A stretch of DNA of 64,000 bases, from the NCBI GenBank assembly GCA_043819555.1, contig JBDREQ010000025.1, positions 92,503-156,502 on the forward strand. Direction: 5' to 3'. The stretch's first letter is position 1. Every line of letters begins with the position of its first letter. This DNA comes from Candidatus Zixiibacteriota bacterium (GTDB taxonomy: Bacteria > Zixibacteria > MSB-5A5 > GN15 > JAAZOE01). A program made the translations under genes and the position numbers. This document shows positions 26,578-35,562 of this stretch, in pieces. Under the pieces are notes generated by a model. The model saw nothing but the letters and a program-made list of their open reading frames with translations, was not told where the DNA came from and did no database searches.

Positions 26578-27843
26578 ATGATGTCTCATATAAAAAATAC
26601 TGATCCAGAGCTTTATGATGCGCTTACGTCGGAAGCCAAAAGGCAAGCTTTTAAACTCGAACTGATCGCCAGCGAAAATTTCGTTTCCGAGGCAGTCCTT
26701 GAAGCCGCCGGCGGAATAATGACCAACAAATATGCAGAAGGTTATCCGGGAAAAAGATATTACGGCGGATGTGAGCACGTCGATGTCGCTGAAAACCTGG
26801 CCCGCGATCGGGCGAAGGAATTATTTGGGGCCGAACATGTCAACGTTCAGCCTCATTCGGGTTCTCAGGCGAATATGGCCGTTTATTTTTCTGTTTTAAA
26901 TCCTGGCGATACAGTGATGGGGCTCGATCTTTCTCACGGCGGCCATTTAACCCATGGCCATCCCATTAATTTTACAGGCCGATTATACAATATCGTTTCC
27001 TATCAGGTTGATCCCCTGACAGAAGTAATTGATTATGATGCCTTGAAAAAGCAGGTTGTCGAGGTCAGACCCAAATTGATTGTTGCGGGAGCTTCGGCCT
27101 ATCCTCGCGCTCTCGATTTTGAGAAATTCCGGGAAGCAGCTGATTCGGTCGGTGCTTACCTGATGGTTGATATCGCTCATATCGCCGGTTTGATTGTTGC
27201 CGGTTTGCATCCATCGCCGGTTCCGTTTGCGGATTTTGTAACGACTACGACTCATAAGACGCTGCGCGGACCGCGGGGAGGGATGATCCTGTGCAAAGAA
27301 AAATACGCGGAAGAATTGGATAAAACTGTTATGCCGGGCATTCAGGGCGGACCTTTGATGCATATTATTGCCGCCAAAGCAGTCGCTTTCAAGGAAGCCA
27401 TGACTGATGAATTCAAAATTTATCAAAAACAGATCGTTGCCAACGCCGCTGTGTTGGCTCAATCTTTGATGGATAAGGGTATCAAACTGGTCTCTGGCGG
27501 AACAGATACGCATTTAATGCTGATGTCGTTTATCGGTCAGAATCAGGACGACGGCAAAAAAATTACCGGTAAAATGGTCGAGCGGGCTTTGGATCAAGCC
27601 AATATTACCGCCAATAAAAATACGGTGCCGTTTGATCCTGCCAAGCCGTTTGTGACTTCGGGAGTCCGGTTGGGAACTCCGGCGATAACAACGCGGGGTA
27701 TGAAAGAGCCCGAGATGGAACAGATTGCCGGATTTATTGCCCGGGTTGTGGATAATCTTGGAGATAAAGAAATATATGCTGCTGTTGCCGAAGATGTCGT
27801 GCAATTATGCTCGAAATATCCGCTATATGTTGAAAGACAATAA
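26578..27843 (+). CDS. glyA: Serine hydroxymethyltransferase
   Basis: ..[31 protein letters not shown].. and PLP site ..[14 protein letters not shown]... It starts immediately after the rpiB stop. Confidence 0.95.
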   Translation: MMSHIKNTDPELYDALTSEAKRQAFKLELIASENFVSEAVLEAAGGIMTNKYAEGYPGKRYYGGCEHVDVAENLARDRAKELFGAEHVNVQPHSGSQANMAVYFSVLNPGDTVMGLDLSHGGHLTHGHPINFTGRLYNIVSYQVDPLTEVIDYDALKKQVVEVRPKLIVAGASAYPRALDFEKFREAADSVGAYLMVDIAHIAGLIVAGLHPSPVPFADFVTTTTHKTLRGPRGGMILCKEKYAEELDKTVMPGIQGGPLMHIIAAKAVAFKEAMTDEFKIYQKQIVANAAVLAQSLMDKGIKLVSGGTDTHLMLMSFIGQNQDDGKKITGKMVERALDQANITANKNTVPFDPAKPFVTSGVRLGTPAITTRGMKEPEMEQIAGFIARVVDNLGDKEIYAAVAEDVVQLCSKYPLYVERQ

Positions 27844-27902
27844 TAACAGACTGGAGTTTACTGCGTATCAATAGGTAGTTTGATAAAAAGGAGAATTATA
27901 AA

Positions 27903-28208
27903 ATGATCGCGCAGTTTACTATATTCCCGGTCGGAGCCAAAGAATCTTTATCAAAAGATGTTGCGAAAATACTTGACATTATCGATAAATCTGGCCTTAC
28001 TTACCGCTTCGCCTCAATGTCAACTATGGTCGAGGGAAACTGGGATGAGGTGATGGCTCTAATTAAGAAATGCCGTAACAGCATGAGGAGAGCACATAAT
28101 CGGATTTATCTCTCGATAACGATTGATGACCGCAAGGGTGCTCGCAAAAGGCTGAATGGAAAAGTTGAAAGTGTTGAGTACATCTTAAATAGAAAGCTGC
28201 AGAAATGA
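27903..28208 (+). CDS. MTH1187/YkoF-family (UPF0045) thiamine-binding-like protein
   Basis: 101 aa with ..QFTIFPVGAKESLSKDVAKILDIIDKSGLTYRF..MSTMVEGNWDEVM... Confidence 0.7.
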   Translation: MIAQFTIFPVGAKESLSKDVAKILDIIDKSGLTYRFASMSTMVEGNWDEVMALIKKCRNSMRRAHNRIYLSITIDDRKGARKRLNGKVESVEYILNRKLQK

Positions 28209-28675
28209 GCGAATACCGCATTAGTTATATCACCGTACCGGTGGAAGTCGCCGAGCAGATTGCTCAAACTCTGGTTAAGGAAGAGCTGGCGGCCTGTGTT
28301 AACATTATCGATCAAATGCTGTCAATTTATCGCTGGGAAGGCCAGGTTGAAAAGGCGCATGAATCTTTGCTGATCGTTAAATTCATGTCTGAAAAAACCG
28401 ACGAGCTAATCCAGCGCGTTCGTGAAATTCATCCATACGAGGTTCCTGAATTTATTGCTTTTGACATCACCGCCGGAAATCCTGATTATCTCGATTGGCT
28501 GTCCGGAAAAGAAATCAATATTGATGATCTTGAAATTGACGATGAGGATCTTGATCTTGATGAAGATGAGGACGAAGAAGTAGAGGACGACGAGGATTCG
28601 GGCGACGAAGAAGAGGGCGAGAAAGCTACTGAGGTTATTGAAGAAGAGGAAGGCGAGAAAAAAGAAGACGAATAA
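28205..28675 (+). CDS. cutA: Divalent-cation tolerance protein CutA with a roughly 50-aa poly-acidic C-terminal tail
   Basis: CutA1 core (..LVKEELAACVNII..SIYRWEGQVE..YEVPEFIAF..) is followed by ..DDLEIDDEDLDLDEDEDEEVEDDEDSGDEEEGE..EEEEGEKKEDE. There is an ATGA overlap with the upstream gene. Confidence 0.8.
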   Translation: MSEYRISYITVPVEVAEQIAQTLVKEELAACVNIIDQMLSIYRWEGQVEKAHESLLIVKFMSEKTDELIQRVREIHPYEVPEFIAFDITAGNPDYLDWLSGKEINIDDLEIDDEDLDLDEDEDEEVEDDEDSGDEEEGEKATEVIEEEEGEKKEDE

Positions 28676-28890
28676 CCGGGTTTTCGCGTGGTCGCCGGCA
28701 GTTTTCTTATTTACCTAACATGTTGAAAAGTTAATCAATAATCTTCCTGCATTTAATGCCGGATAGAATATTCTCGGCAGCGCCTTGCCGGGCTATATTA
28801 CTGTTAGAAATAATTCGATACACACCTCTATAAGTGCCAAACCAAACAGTATGTTAAAACGTCCGCGGTCGTTTGATTTTGAAATTATGG

Positions 28891-28919
28891 TTGCGTAATC
28901 CATTTTTATCATATACAAT
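28891..28919 (+). promoter_or_regulatory. Sigma-70-type promoter candidate for nrdR
   Basis: TTGCGT-N17-TACAAT about 40 nt upstream of ATG 28960. Confidence 0.4.
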
Positions 28920-28959
28920 TCGATTCGCGCATAATATTAAGTAAGGCAGCAAAAACTAT

Positions 28960-29409
28960 ATGAAGTGTCCCTTCTGCAGTCATGAAGAAAACAAGGTTGT
29001 CGATTCTCGGCCGGTGCAGGACGGCCGCGCTGTCAGGCGCCGCCGGGAATGCCTGCAATGCGCGGAACGGTTTACAACTTACGAATATATCGAAGCGGTG
29101 ACATTGACGGTCGTCAAATCCGATGATACGCGCGAGGCGTTCGACCGCAATAAAATAATTCATGGCATCAAACTGGCCTGCAACAAACGGCCGATAGGCT
29201 CCGAGAAAATCGAGGCGATGGTTTCCGAAATAGAAACATCTTTGCAGGAGTTGTCCCGAAACGAAGTCACCTCAAAATATATCGGCGAGATAATAATGGA
29301 TAAACTCAAAGAAGTGGATGAAATCGCTTATGTTCGTTTCGCGTCGGTTTACCGCAAATTCGCCGATACCACCGAATTCCTCGAAGAAATTAAGAAGCTT
29401 CTAAAGTAA
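28960..29409 (+). CDS. nrdR: Transcriptional repressor NrdR
   Basis: MKCPFCSHEENKVVDSRPV..RRRRECLQCAERFTTYE zinc ribbon plus an ATP-cone. Confidence 0.9.
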   Translation: MKCPFCSHEENKVVDSRPVQDGRAVRRRRECLQCAERFTTYEYIEAVTLTVVKSDDTREAFDRNKIIHGIKLACNKRPIGSEKIEAMVSEIETSLQELSRNEVTSKYIGEIIMDKLKEVDEIAYVRFASVYRKFADTTEFLEEIKKLLK

Positions 29410-29733
29410 AAACTCTGTGCAAGCCTGTAAATGGGTTTGTTTCCTCAGATTAACGTTTTGGGTCATATCAAATCAGTGGTGATTACGAATCACTTTTGAA
29501 ATGCCATATCGAATTTAATTGTAATTTGCATTATTGGCCTTACCATTTTTAGTTACTCTCACATTAATTGGTAAGTCCATAATTAACGTCCATCTTGAAG
29601 GAAAAATGTGATTGCGATTATTGAATAAATGGTCTATTATTAAATGCATTTGATGAAAACGCTGGAGTGGCGAGTGATATATCTTTTTCCACCTCTATAG
29701 CCGGGGAGTATCGTAAACTATGAGAATAATGCA

Positions 29734-30315
29734 ATGCCGAAAAATCAAATAACTCGGATAATTGGAATTGATCCTTATAATTGTTCGTTCAATGATCTTC
29801 ATAAGATAATATCGAAACTGCATGATGGCAAAAGGGCAAAGCTTTTCCGTTTTTGCCAAAGATGTTTAATTGAGTCAGACATAGGAATAAATGAAGAGAA
29901 GCATGTAGTCATGGTGAGATTTTTAATGGCATTGTTGCCAGAATCCCTTGACGAAATATTAAATCTTTTGCAGAGCATGTATGATCGGACAACATATGAA
30001 ATTCACTTTACAGTGTTTTGCTATCTTGACAGAGTATTGGATATATGTAAATCAAAACGAGTGTTGAATAAGATTCTCGTTACAATCTCAGAATACTTCC
30101 TAATTATCGAGACAAATACAGCATCAGCGGCATGGATGGCTGGTGATTTATTGGGTGACCATTGGCTAACAAATGAAACGTTTAAAATTTTACTAAATTC
30201 CGCTAAACGGGCCAGGTTTGTTCCGGGTAGAATGGGAGCCTTGCATGGATTACAAATGAGATTAGAAAATTCATCATTAAATCATAAACAAATCATAAGT
30301 TATATAATGCACTAA
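29734..30315 (+). CDS. Hypothetical all-helical (HEAT/ARM-like?) protein in an AT-rich patch (orphan)
   Basis: 193-aa ORF with no recognised motif. It is preceded by 324 bp of AT-rich non-coding DNA. The coding call rests only on ORF length and the absence of competing frames. Confidence 0.45.
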   Translation: MPKNQITRIIGIDPYNCSFNDLHKIISKLHDGKRAKLFRFCQRCLIESDIGINEEKHVVMVRFLMALLPESLDEILNLLQSMYDRTTYEIHFTVFCYLDRVLDICKSKRVLNKILVTISEYFLIIETNTASAAWMAGDLLGDHWLTNETFKILLNSAKRARFVPGRMGALHGLQMRLENSSLNHKQIISYIMH

Positions 30316-30394
30316 AACTAATTTCCAAATCAGACAGAAGCGCATCGGTGCGACTATTCGCAAAAAACTTGTTGAGTTGATTTCATATTTGATT

Positions 30395-30419
30395 GGCTGA
30401 AGCACCCTGGGCTTCAGCC
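30395..30419. terminator. Hairpin between convergent genes (possible bidirectional terminator or REP-like element)
   Basis: Perfect 9-bp stem GGCTGAAGC / GCTTCAGCC with loop ACCCTGG. There is no clean T-run on either side. Confidence 0.4.
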
Positions 30420-30432
30420 CTGTAAAATTATC

Positions 30433-31167
30433 TCAATTGGCATCAATCAGACTTCCGGAGCCGGTTACGGTCAGGTTAATTGAAGGCTGGCCTTTGTAAT
30501 AAATTGTTCCGACGCCGCTGAGTACTCCATTTAAATAATCATCGGCATAGAGTTCAATGTTTCCCACTCCGCTCAGATTAATAACAGTGGTATCGGTAAT
30601 GAAATCAAAGGCGATAACATTTCCCGCTCCGGGGTGGTTACAGGCATGATTGGTCGCCGAGCCGCTTAAAATAATATTTCCAGCTCCAGCTAACAATGAA
30701 CTAAGTGTGGTAACGTAGGCGTTTAATATAATATTGCCTGCACCCGGCAAATCTATAATCAGTTCATCTTCCTGAATGGTTCCGGTGTTTGTGATATTTC
30801 CCGCGCCGGTCAATACCAACTCTTCGACGCCGGTCATAACCAGATTAACATTCAGGTCCATATTTGAAAAAGTCGTGTTGGGCGCCGAGCCAATTATCAG
30901 CACTCCATTTACCACGGTGGTGGTTATATATTGATGGATATTATCATCCACCGATATTGAAACTGAATGTTGCGCGCCCATCGTGATGTTAACGTCGCCG
31001 GCTGACCTGAAATTAACCGATTGAAAATTGGGCAGTGTTCTTTCGATTGTGGTTATATTGCCGGAGCCGGTAATTTTTACTGAGCTAGTCGGATTATCAT
31101 CAACTGAACATGATACAAACAACGTCAGCGATAATAAGCACAATATAAAAGATGGAATAGGTTTCAT
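30433..31167 (-). CDS. DUF2807 / head-GIN-domain lipoprotein (beta-helical, adhesin-head-like)
   Basis: Lipobox ..LTLFVSC and repeated (T)G(A/S)GN(I/V) turns (GSGNIT, GAGNIT, GAGNIIL x2, GAGNVIA, GVGNIEL). The start is set at ATG 31167 (GGGAGG RBS) rather than 31209. Confidence 0.75.
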   Translation of the reverse strand: MKPIPSFILCLLSLTLFVSCSVDDNPTSSVKITGSGNITTIERTLPNFQSVNFRSAGDVNITMGAQHSVSISVDDNIHQYITTTVVNGVLIIGSAPNTTFSNMDLNVNLVMTGVEELVLTGAGNITNTGTIQEDELIIDLPGAGNIILNAYVTTLSSLLAGAGNIILSGSATNHACNHPGAGNVIAFDFITDTTVINLSGVGNIELYADDYLNGVLSGVGTIYYKGQPSINLTVTGSGSLIDAN

Positions 31168-31320
31168 TTTTTGGCCTCCCTTTTTTAAAGATATCTTTGA
31201 ATACTCCATTTCACGATAATTGTTTCAATTTAATGCGACGGATTTAATTATGCGAACTCAAAGTTAAGAGTTAATTGCTTTATTGACTTTTGGAGAATAA
31301 TCGGCTTTTATTAGCCCATT

Positions 31321-32046
31321 ATGATTGAAAAACCTCCAGAGAAGGAAATGTCGTTTCTCGACCATCTTGAGGAACTGCGCCGCAGAATCCTCCGCTCAAT
31401 CGCGGCGATATTTATCGGTGCAATTGCGGCTTATTTCGTTTCAGAATGGTTAGTCAATATTGTCTCGGCTCCACTGGCTGATGTGGGTGTCTATTTTAAG
31501 GCTCCGGCTGAGGCGTTTTTGACGCATATAAAAATATCTTTGTTTGCCGGAATAATAATCTCGTCACCGATTATCCTGTATCAAATCTGGATGTTTGTCG
31601 GACCGGGGCTTCTAAAAAGCGAAGTCATAATCGTAATACCGATTGTGGCATCATCGACGGTTTTTTTCCTTCTGGGCGGGTCTTTCTGCTTTTTTTACGT
31701 CCTTCCGCTGGCGGTCAAGTTCTTGCTCGAATTTGGCACTGATAATATGAGACCGATGATTATGATTGGTGATTACATATCATTTGCCGGCGCTTTGGTT
31801 TTGGCCTTTGGAATTGTATTTGAGCTTCCGGTGGCGTCGTTTATTTTGGGGCGGATCGGAATTATAGATCATAAGATGCTGGGCAAGGGGAGACGCTACG
31901 CCGTAGTTGGAATATTTATATTGGCAGCGGTAATAACTCCTCCCGATATGATTAGCCAGCTCCTATTGGGTATCCCTCTTTATTTGTTATATGAAGTATC
32001 AATTATCGTTGTATGGATGACCGGGCGGGATCGGAATCGCGAATAA
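31321..32046 (+). CDS. tatC: Twin-arginine translocase subunit TatC
   Basis: ..MSFLDHLEELRRRILRS.., 6 TM helices, and ..VITPPDMISQLLLGIPLYLLYE... Confidence 0.9.
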   Translation: MIEKPPEKEMSFLDHLEELRRRILRSIAAIFIGAIAAYFVSEWLVNIVSAPLADVGVYFKAPAEAFLTHIKISLFAGIIISSPIILYQIWMFVGPGLLKSEVIIVIPIVASSTVFFLLGGSFCFFYVLPLAVKFLLEFGTDNMRPMIMIGDYISFAGALVLAFGIVFELPVASFILGRIGIIDHKMLGKGRRYAVVGIFILAAVITPPDMISQLLLGIPLYLLYEVSIIVVWMTGRDRNRE

Positions 32047-32060
32047 TTGGCTCTGGTTGC

Positions 32061-32089
32061 TTGACAGAATTCGTATCGATTGTTAGATT
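32061..32089 (+). promoter_or_regulatory. Sigma-70-type promoter candidate upstream of tRNA-Gly / DUF512 / der
   Basis: TTGACA-N17-TAGATT about 90 nt upstream of the tRNA 5' end. Confidence 0.4.
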
Positions 32090-32180
32090 CTTTTCAAGAT
32101 TTTTCGTACATAATGCCAGATAACCGGGGCGTGTAATGAAACCTGTTCGCGTATTCCCGACTGGCCGATAAGAGAACCAA

Positions 32181-32252
32181 GCGGGTGTAATTCAGTGGTA
32201 GAATGTCAGCTTCCCAAGCTGGACGTCGTGGGTTCGAGCCCCATCACCCGCT
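32181..32252 (+). tRNA. tRNA-Gly (anticodon CCC); CCA not encoded
   Basis: Hand-folded: acceptor GCGGGTG/CACCCGC, D arm ATTC-AGTGGTA-GAAT, anticodon arm TCAGC-TTCCCAA-GCTGG, T arm GTGGG-TTCGAGC-CCCAT, discriminator T, followed by T8. Confidence 0.9.
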
Positions 32253-32265
32253 TTTTTTTAATGTT

Positions 32266-33558
32266 ATGAAAGTAGTTGCGATAACAAAGTCTTCGCCATT
32301 TTATGGTGAAATCAGGCCGGGAGCCGAATTGGTTTCTGTCAACGGGCATCCTATATCCGACGAGATCGATTTTCATTTTTACAATACCGAAGATGTTTTG
32401 CGTCTCGATTTTCTTATCGATGGGGAAAAAAAGAATATTGAAATCGAGGAGGCCTATGACTGTGGCGATCTGGGGTTGGAATTTGAAGGGACGAAAATAA
32501 AAATCTGCAATAATAATTGTATTTTTTGCTTCGTTCATCAGCAGCCCAAAGGGATGCGCCGGAGTTTGTATATCAAAGATGATGATTACCGGTTTTCGTT
32601 TACTCATGGCAATTATATTTCTCTGTCGGGAATAACCGATGCCGATTTTGATCGAATCATTGAGCAGCGTTTGTCGCCTTTATATATTTCCGTTCATGCC
32701 ACCGACGATAGACTGAGACGGTGCATATTTCAAAATGAAAAATTGCCCCGGATTATTCCGGCCATAGAGAAACTTGTCAGGAATGGAATTACGGTTCATA
32801 CCCAAACGGTTATTTGTCCCGGAATTAATGACGGCGAGCACCTCAAACAAACTATTGATAATCTGGCCGGATTTTATCCCGGAGTGGCCTCGCTGGCGGT
32901 GGTGCCGGTGGGGCTGACGAAATATAGAAAGCGCCTGCATGATTTGCGGACTTATTCTGAAAAAGAGGCTGATCAAATTATTAGAATTATTAATAAGGCG
33001 CAAAAACGATTTCAGAAAACAATCAAGACCCGATTCGTTTATGCCGCTGATGAATTTTATTTATTGGCTGGAATGGATTTCCCAACTCTGCTAAGTTATG
33101 AAGACATGCACCAGTTTGAAAACGGCGTTGGGATGGCTCGTCAATTTATCACCGATTTCAATCGGAGAAGGAGATGGTTGCCAGGGGGCATTTCAAAAAA
33201 ATTGCGAATAGGAATTATCACCGGCCGGTCGGCTGAGCCGTTTATGAAATCGGTTGTTATATCTGCTCTGGATAAAATTAAAAACTTAAAATCATCGTTG
33301 TATGTTGTCGATAATGATTTTTGGGGAGATACGGTTACGGTAACGGGATTATTGACGGGGAATGATATTCTGAAACGACTTAAAAATCAAAAACCGGATA
33401 TACTCCTTTTGCCGCCGAATTGTCTTAATGCGGATGAGCTGTTTCTTGACAATTTGAGCCTTGAGGAGTTTACTAAAGAAATTGGATGTCCGGTTTTGAA
33501 CGGTTCATACGACCTTGTAAATCTTATCCATCGGGCTATTGAGATGAGGAATATTTAA
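32266..33558 (+). CDS. PDZ / radical-SAM-like / DUF512 domain protein
   Basis: CNNNCIFCF (CX3CX2C) cluster motif and a PDZ-like N-terminus (..GEIRPGAELVSVNGHPI..). It has the typical position directly upstream of der. The start is set at ATG 32266 because the longer ORF overlaps tRNA-Gly. Confidence 0.75.
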   Translation: MKVVAITKSSPFYGEIRPGAELVSVNGHPISDEIDFHFYNTEDVLRLDFLIDGEKKNIEIEEAYDCGDLGLEFEGTKIKICNNNCIFCFVHQQPKGMRRSLYIKDDDYRFSFTHGNYISLSGITDADFDRIIEQRLSPLYISVHATDDRLRRCIFQNEKLPRIIPAIEKLVRNGITVHTQTVICPGINDGEHLKQTIDNLAGFYPGVASLAVVPVGLTKYRKRLHDLRTYSEKEADQIIRIINKAQKRFQKTIKTRFVYAADEFYLLAGMDFPTLLSYEDMHQFENGVGMARQFITDFNRRRRWLPGGISKKLRIGIITGRSAEPFMKSVVISALDKIKNLKSSLYVVDNDFWGDTVTVTGLLTGNDILKRLKNQKPDILLLPPNCLNADELFLDNLSLEEFTKEIGCPVLNGSYDLVNLIHRAIEMRNI

Positions 33559-34874
33559 TGCCATTGCCTATTGTCGCCATAGTGGGCCGCCCCAACGTTG
33601 GAAAATCATCAATGTTCAACCGTATGATAAAAAAACGACTGGCTGTGGTTGACAGCGTTTCAGGTGTGACCCGCGACAGGAATTTCGCGCCATGCGATTG
33701 GAACGGCCGGGATTTCTATCTGGTTGACACGGGCGGAATGGTTCCCGGAACTGATGATCAAATGGAGCAGTTGATCCTGGAACAGGCTCAGATTGGTCTT
33801 GATGAGGCCGACATTATTATTTTTATGGTCGATTGCCAAACCGGAATTACCGATCTGGATTCACTAATCGCGCGGCAACTATTAAGGGCGGATAAATCGA
33901 TAATAATATCACCCAATAAGGCAGATAATGAGCAACTCGAAATGAACGCCGGCGAGTTTTATAGCCTTGGCTTTAAGCGGTTGTTTTGCGTATCAGCGGC
34001 AAACGGTCGCGGGGTCGGCGATCTTCTGGATGAGATTATCCGACTTCTGCCAGAAACCGAAGCTGAAAAACAGAAAGACAACCGCATCCGTGTTGCCGTG
34101 GTAGGGCGGCCAAATGTCGGAAAATCGTCTTTTGTCAATTGCCTTCTGGGCGAAGAGCGGCATATAGTTTCAGAGCACCCAGGAACGACTCGTGATTCGA
34201 TAGATTCAGTGATATCCCTGAATGACAAGTCATATGTTCTGGTGGATACGGCCGGATTGCGGAAAAAAAGTCGGATTAAAGAAAATATCGAATTTTATAC
34301 GACTCTTCGAACTTTTCGCGCCGTGCAGCGTTGTGATGTCGCTTTGATTCTTCTTGATGCCAATGAAGGATTAAATGTTCAGGAACTGAAAATCATTGAT
34401 GAGGTCGCTGAAGCCGGACGGGGAATGGTTTTGGCAGTCAATAAATGGGATATATTTGAAAAAGATGAAAAATCGGCGATGTTTTATTCCCGGCAGCTGG
34501 CAGAGGCGATGCCAACTTTTAATTATATCCCGTCGATATTTACATCCGCAAAAACCGGCCAGCGGGTCGCGAAAACTCTGAGCTTAATTGATCGCGTGTA
34601 TCATGAATATACCAAGCGCATTGAAACATCGGCGCTGAACAAATTTCTTGAAGGCGCCGTCAAGAGGCAGCCGCCGCCAGCTACTAAAGGCAAGTGGATA
34701 AAATTTTATTACATTTCCCAGCCAAACACGGCGCCTCCGCTTTTTGTCGTCGCCACGAATTATCCTCAATATATTCAGGATCCATATCGTCGCTATCTGA
34801 TAAATCGTTTGCGCGAGCAATTTGGTTTTGAGGGTATTCCTTTAAGAATTAAATTCAAGGGTCGTTCCGAATAA
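33558..34874 (+). CDS. der: Ribosome-biogenesis GTPase Der (EngA)
   Basis: Two GTPase domains (GRPNVGKSS twice, DTGG/DTAG) plus a KH-like C-terminus. TAATG overlap with the upstream gene. Confidence 0.95.
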   Translation: MPLPIVAIVGRPNVGKSSMFNRMIKKRLAVVDSVSGVTRDRNFAPCDWNGRDFYLVDTGGMVPGTDDQMEQLILEQAQIGLDEADIIIFMVDCQTGITDLDSLIARQLLRADKSIIISPNKADNEQLEMNAGEFYSLGFKRLFCVSAANGRGVGDLLDEIIRLLPETEAEKQKDNRIRVAVVGRPNVGKSSFVNCLLGEERHIVSEHPGTTRDSIDSVISLNDKSYVLVDTAGLRKKSRIKENIEFYTTLRTFRAVQRCDVALILLDANEGLNVQELKIIDEVAEAGRGMVLAVNKWDIFEKDEKSAMFYSRQLAEAMPTFNYIPSIFTSAKTGQRVAKTLSLIDRVYHEYTKRIETSALNKFLEGAVKRQPPPATKGKWIKFYYISQPNTAPPLFVVATNYPQYIQDPYRRYLINRLREQFGFEGIPLRIKFKGRSE

Positions 34875-34983
34875 TATCTGGCCTTTTACCTCGGGTATGA
34901 TATATAACCTTACCCCTTATTTGTTTTTAATTAATAAAATACATCTCCGGCCGATATATCGATAAATAGAATAAAAATACCTA

Positions 34984-35556
34984 TTGGAAGATAATTTGGA
35001 GTATCTGGACACTAAATACGATCTCGAGGAAAAGATCCATGAACTCGAGAACAAATTGGAAGCAAAGAATCAGGAAGTTCATGATTTAGCCAATATTGCC
35101 GCCGTCATTACTTCGATTCTTGACCAGGAATCAGTTCTTACCGTCGCAATGGAAATCGCTATCCGTCAGGTTGCCGGTGAAGTCGGCGCGGTAGTAATGC
35201 TTGAAAATGATCAAATAACTGTCAAGGTTGCCTGGGGTTTGGACGCCGGTGTAATTGAAGGTCAGAAGTACAAAGATGATAAAGATATTGTCCGTTATTG
35301 TCTCAATCAAAACCAGGCGTTCTATGATAATGATTGCCAAAAAGGTTTTACCAGTGATTTCCCCGCCAACAATTTTATAATTTCGCCTCTTGGTTCCAAG
35401 GCTGTATCAGGAGTAATGATAATATTTAATAAGGAGGCAGGCGGGGAATTTAGTGATCGTGATCTTGAAGCAATGGAAATGATATGTCAGTTCACATCGG
35501 TGTCAATGGAAAACTCCACTCTTCTTAAGGAATCTCTTGAGAAACAGAAAATGTAA
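34984..35556 (+). CDS. Coiled-coil + GAF domain protein, ending at an in-frame TAA directly before the PP2C ORF (split gene, or the 5' part of an interrupted gene)
   Basis: GAF-like core (..ILDQESVLTVAMEIAIRQVAGEVGAVVML..ISPLGSKAVSGVMIIFNK..). The only available start is TTG with a weak RBS. It is in the same reading frame as 35563..36729. Confidence 0.6.
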   Translation: MEDNLEYLDTKYDLEEKIHELENKLEAKNQEVHDLANIAAVITSILDQESVLTVAMEIAIRQVAGEVGAVVMLENDQITVKVAWGLDAGVIEGQKYKDDKDIVRYCLNQNQAFYDNDCQKGFTSDFPANNFIISPLGSKAVSGVMIIFNKEAGGEFSDRDLEAMEMICQFTSVSMENSTLLKESLEKQKM

Positions 35557-35562
35557 CAGGAT

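Noticed and set aside
28823-28840. CACACCTCTATAAGTG upstream of nrdR, considered as an NrdR box.
   Set aside because: Only the outer CAC/GTG and part of the AT core fit the 16-bp NrdR-box palindrome as I remember it. There is too much mismatch, and NrdR boxes are expected at nrd operons, none of which is in this window.
32164-32171. A perfect sigma-28 -10 consensus GCCGATAA just upstream of tRNA-Gly. GCCGATAT also occurs at 34950..34957 upstream of the GAF gene.
   Set aside because: Neither has a TAAA box at the canonical 15-nt distance. The 34950 copy is part of a 10-bp palindrome, CGATATATCG. The same 8-mer also occurs inside coding DNA, for example in fliF near 44083 and in flgJ near 55113 (..LADI/M.. 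codons). Chance matches are therefore plausible.
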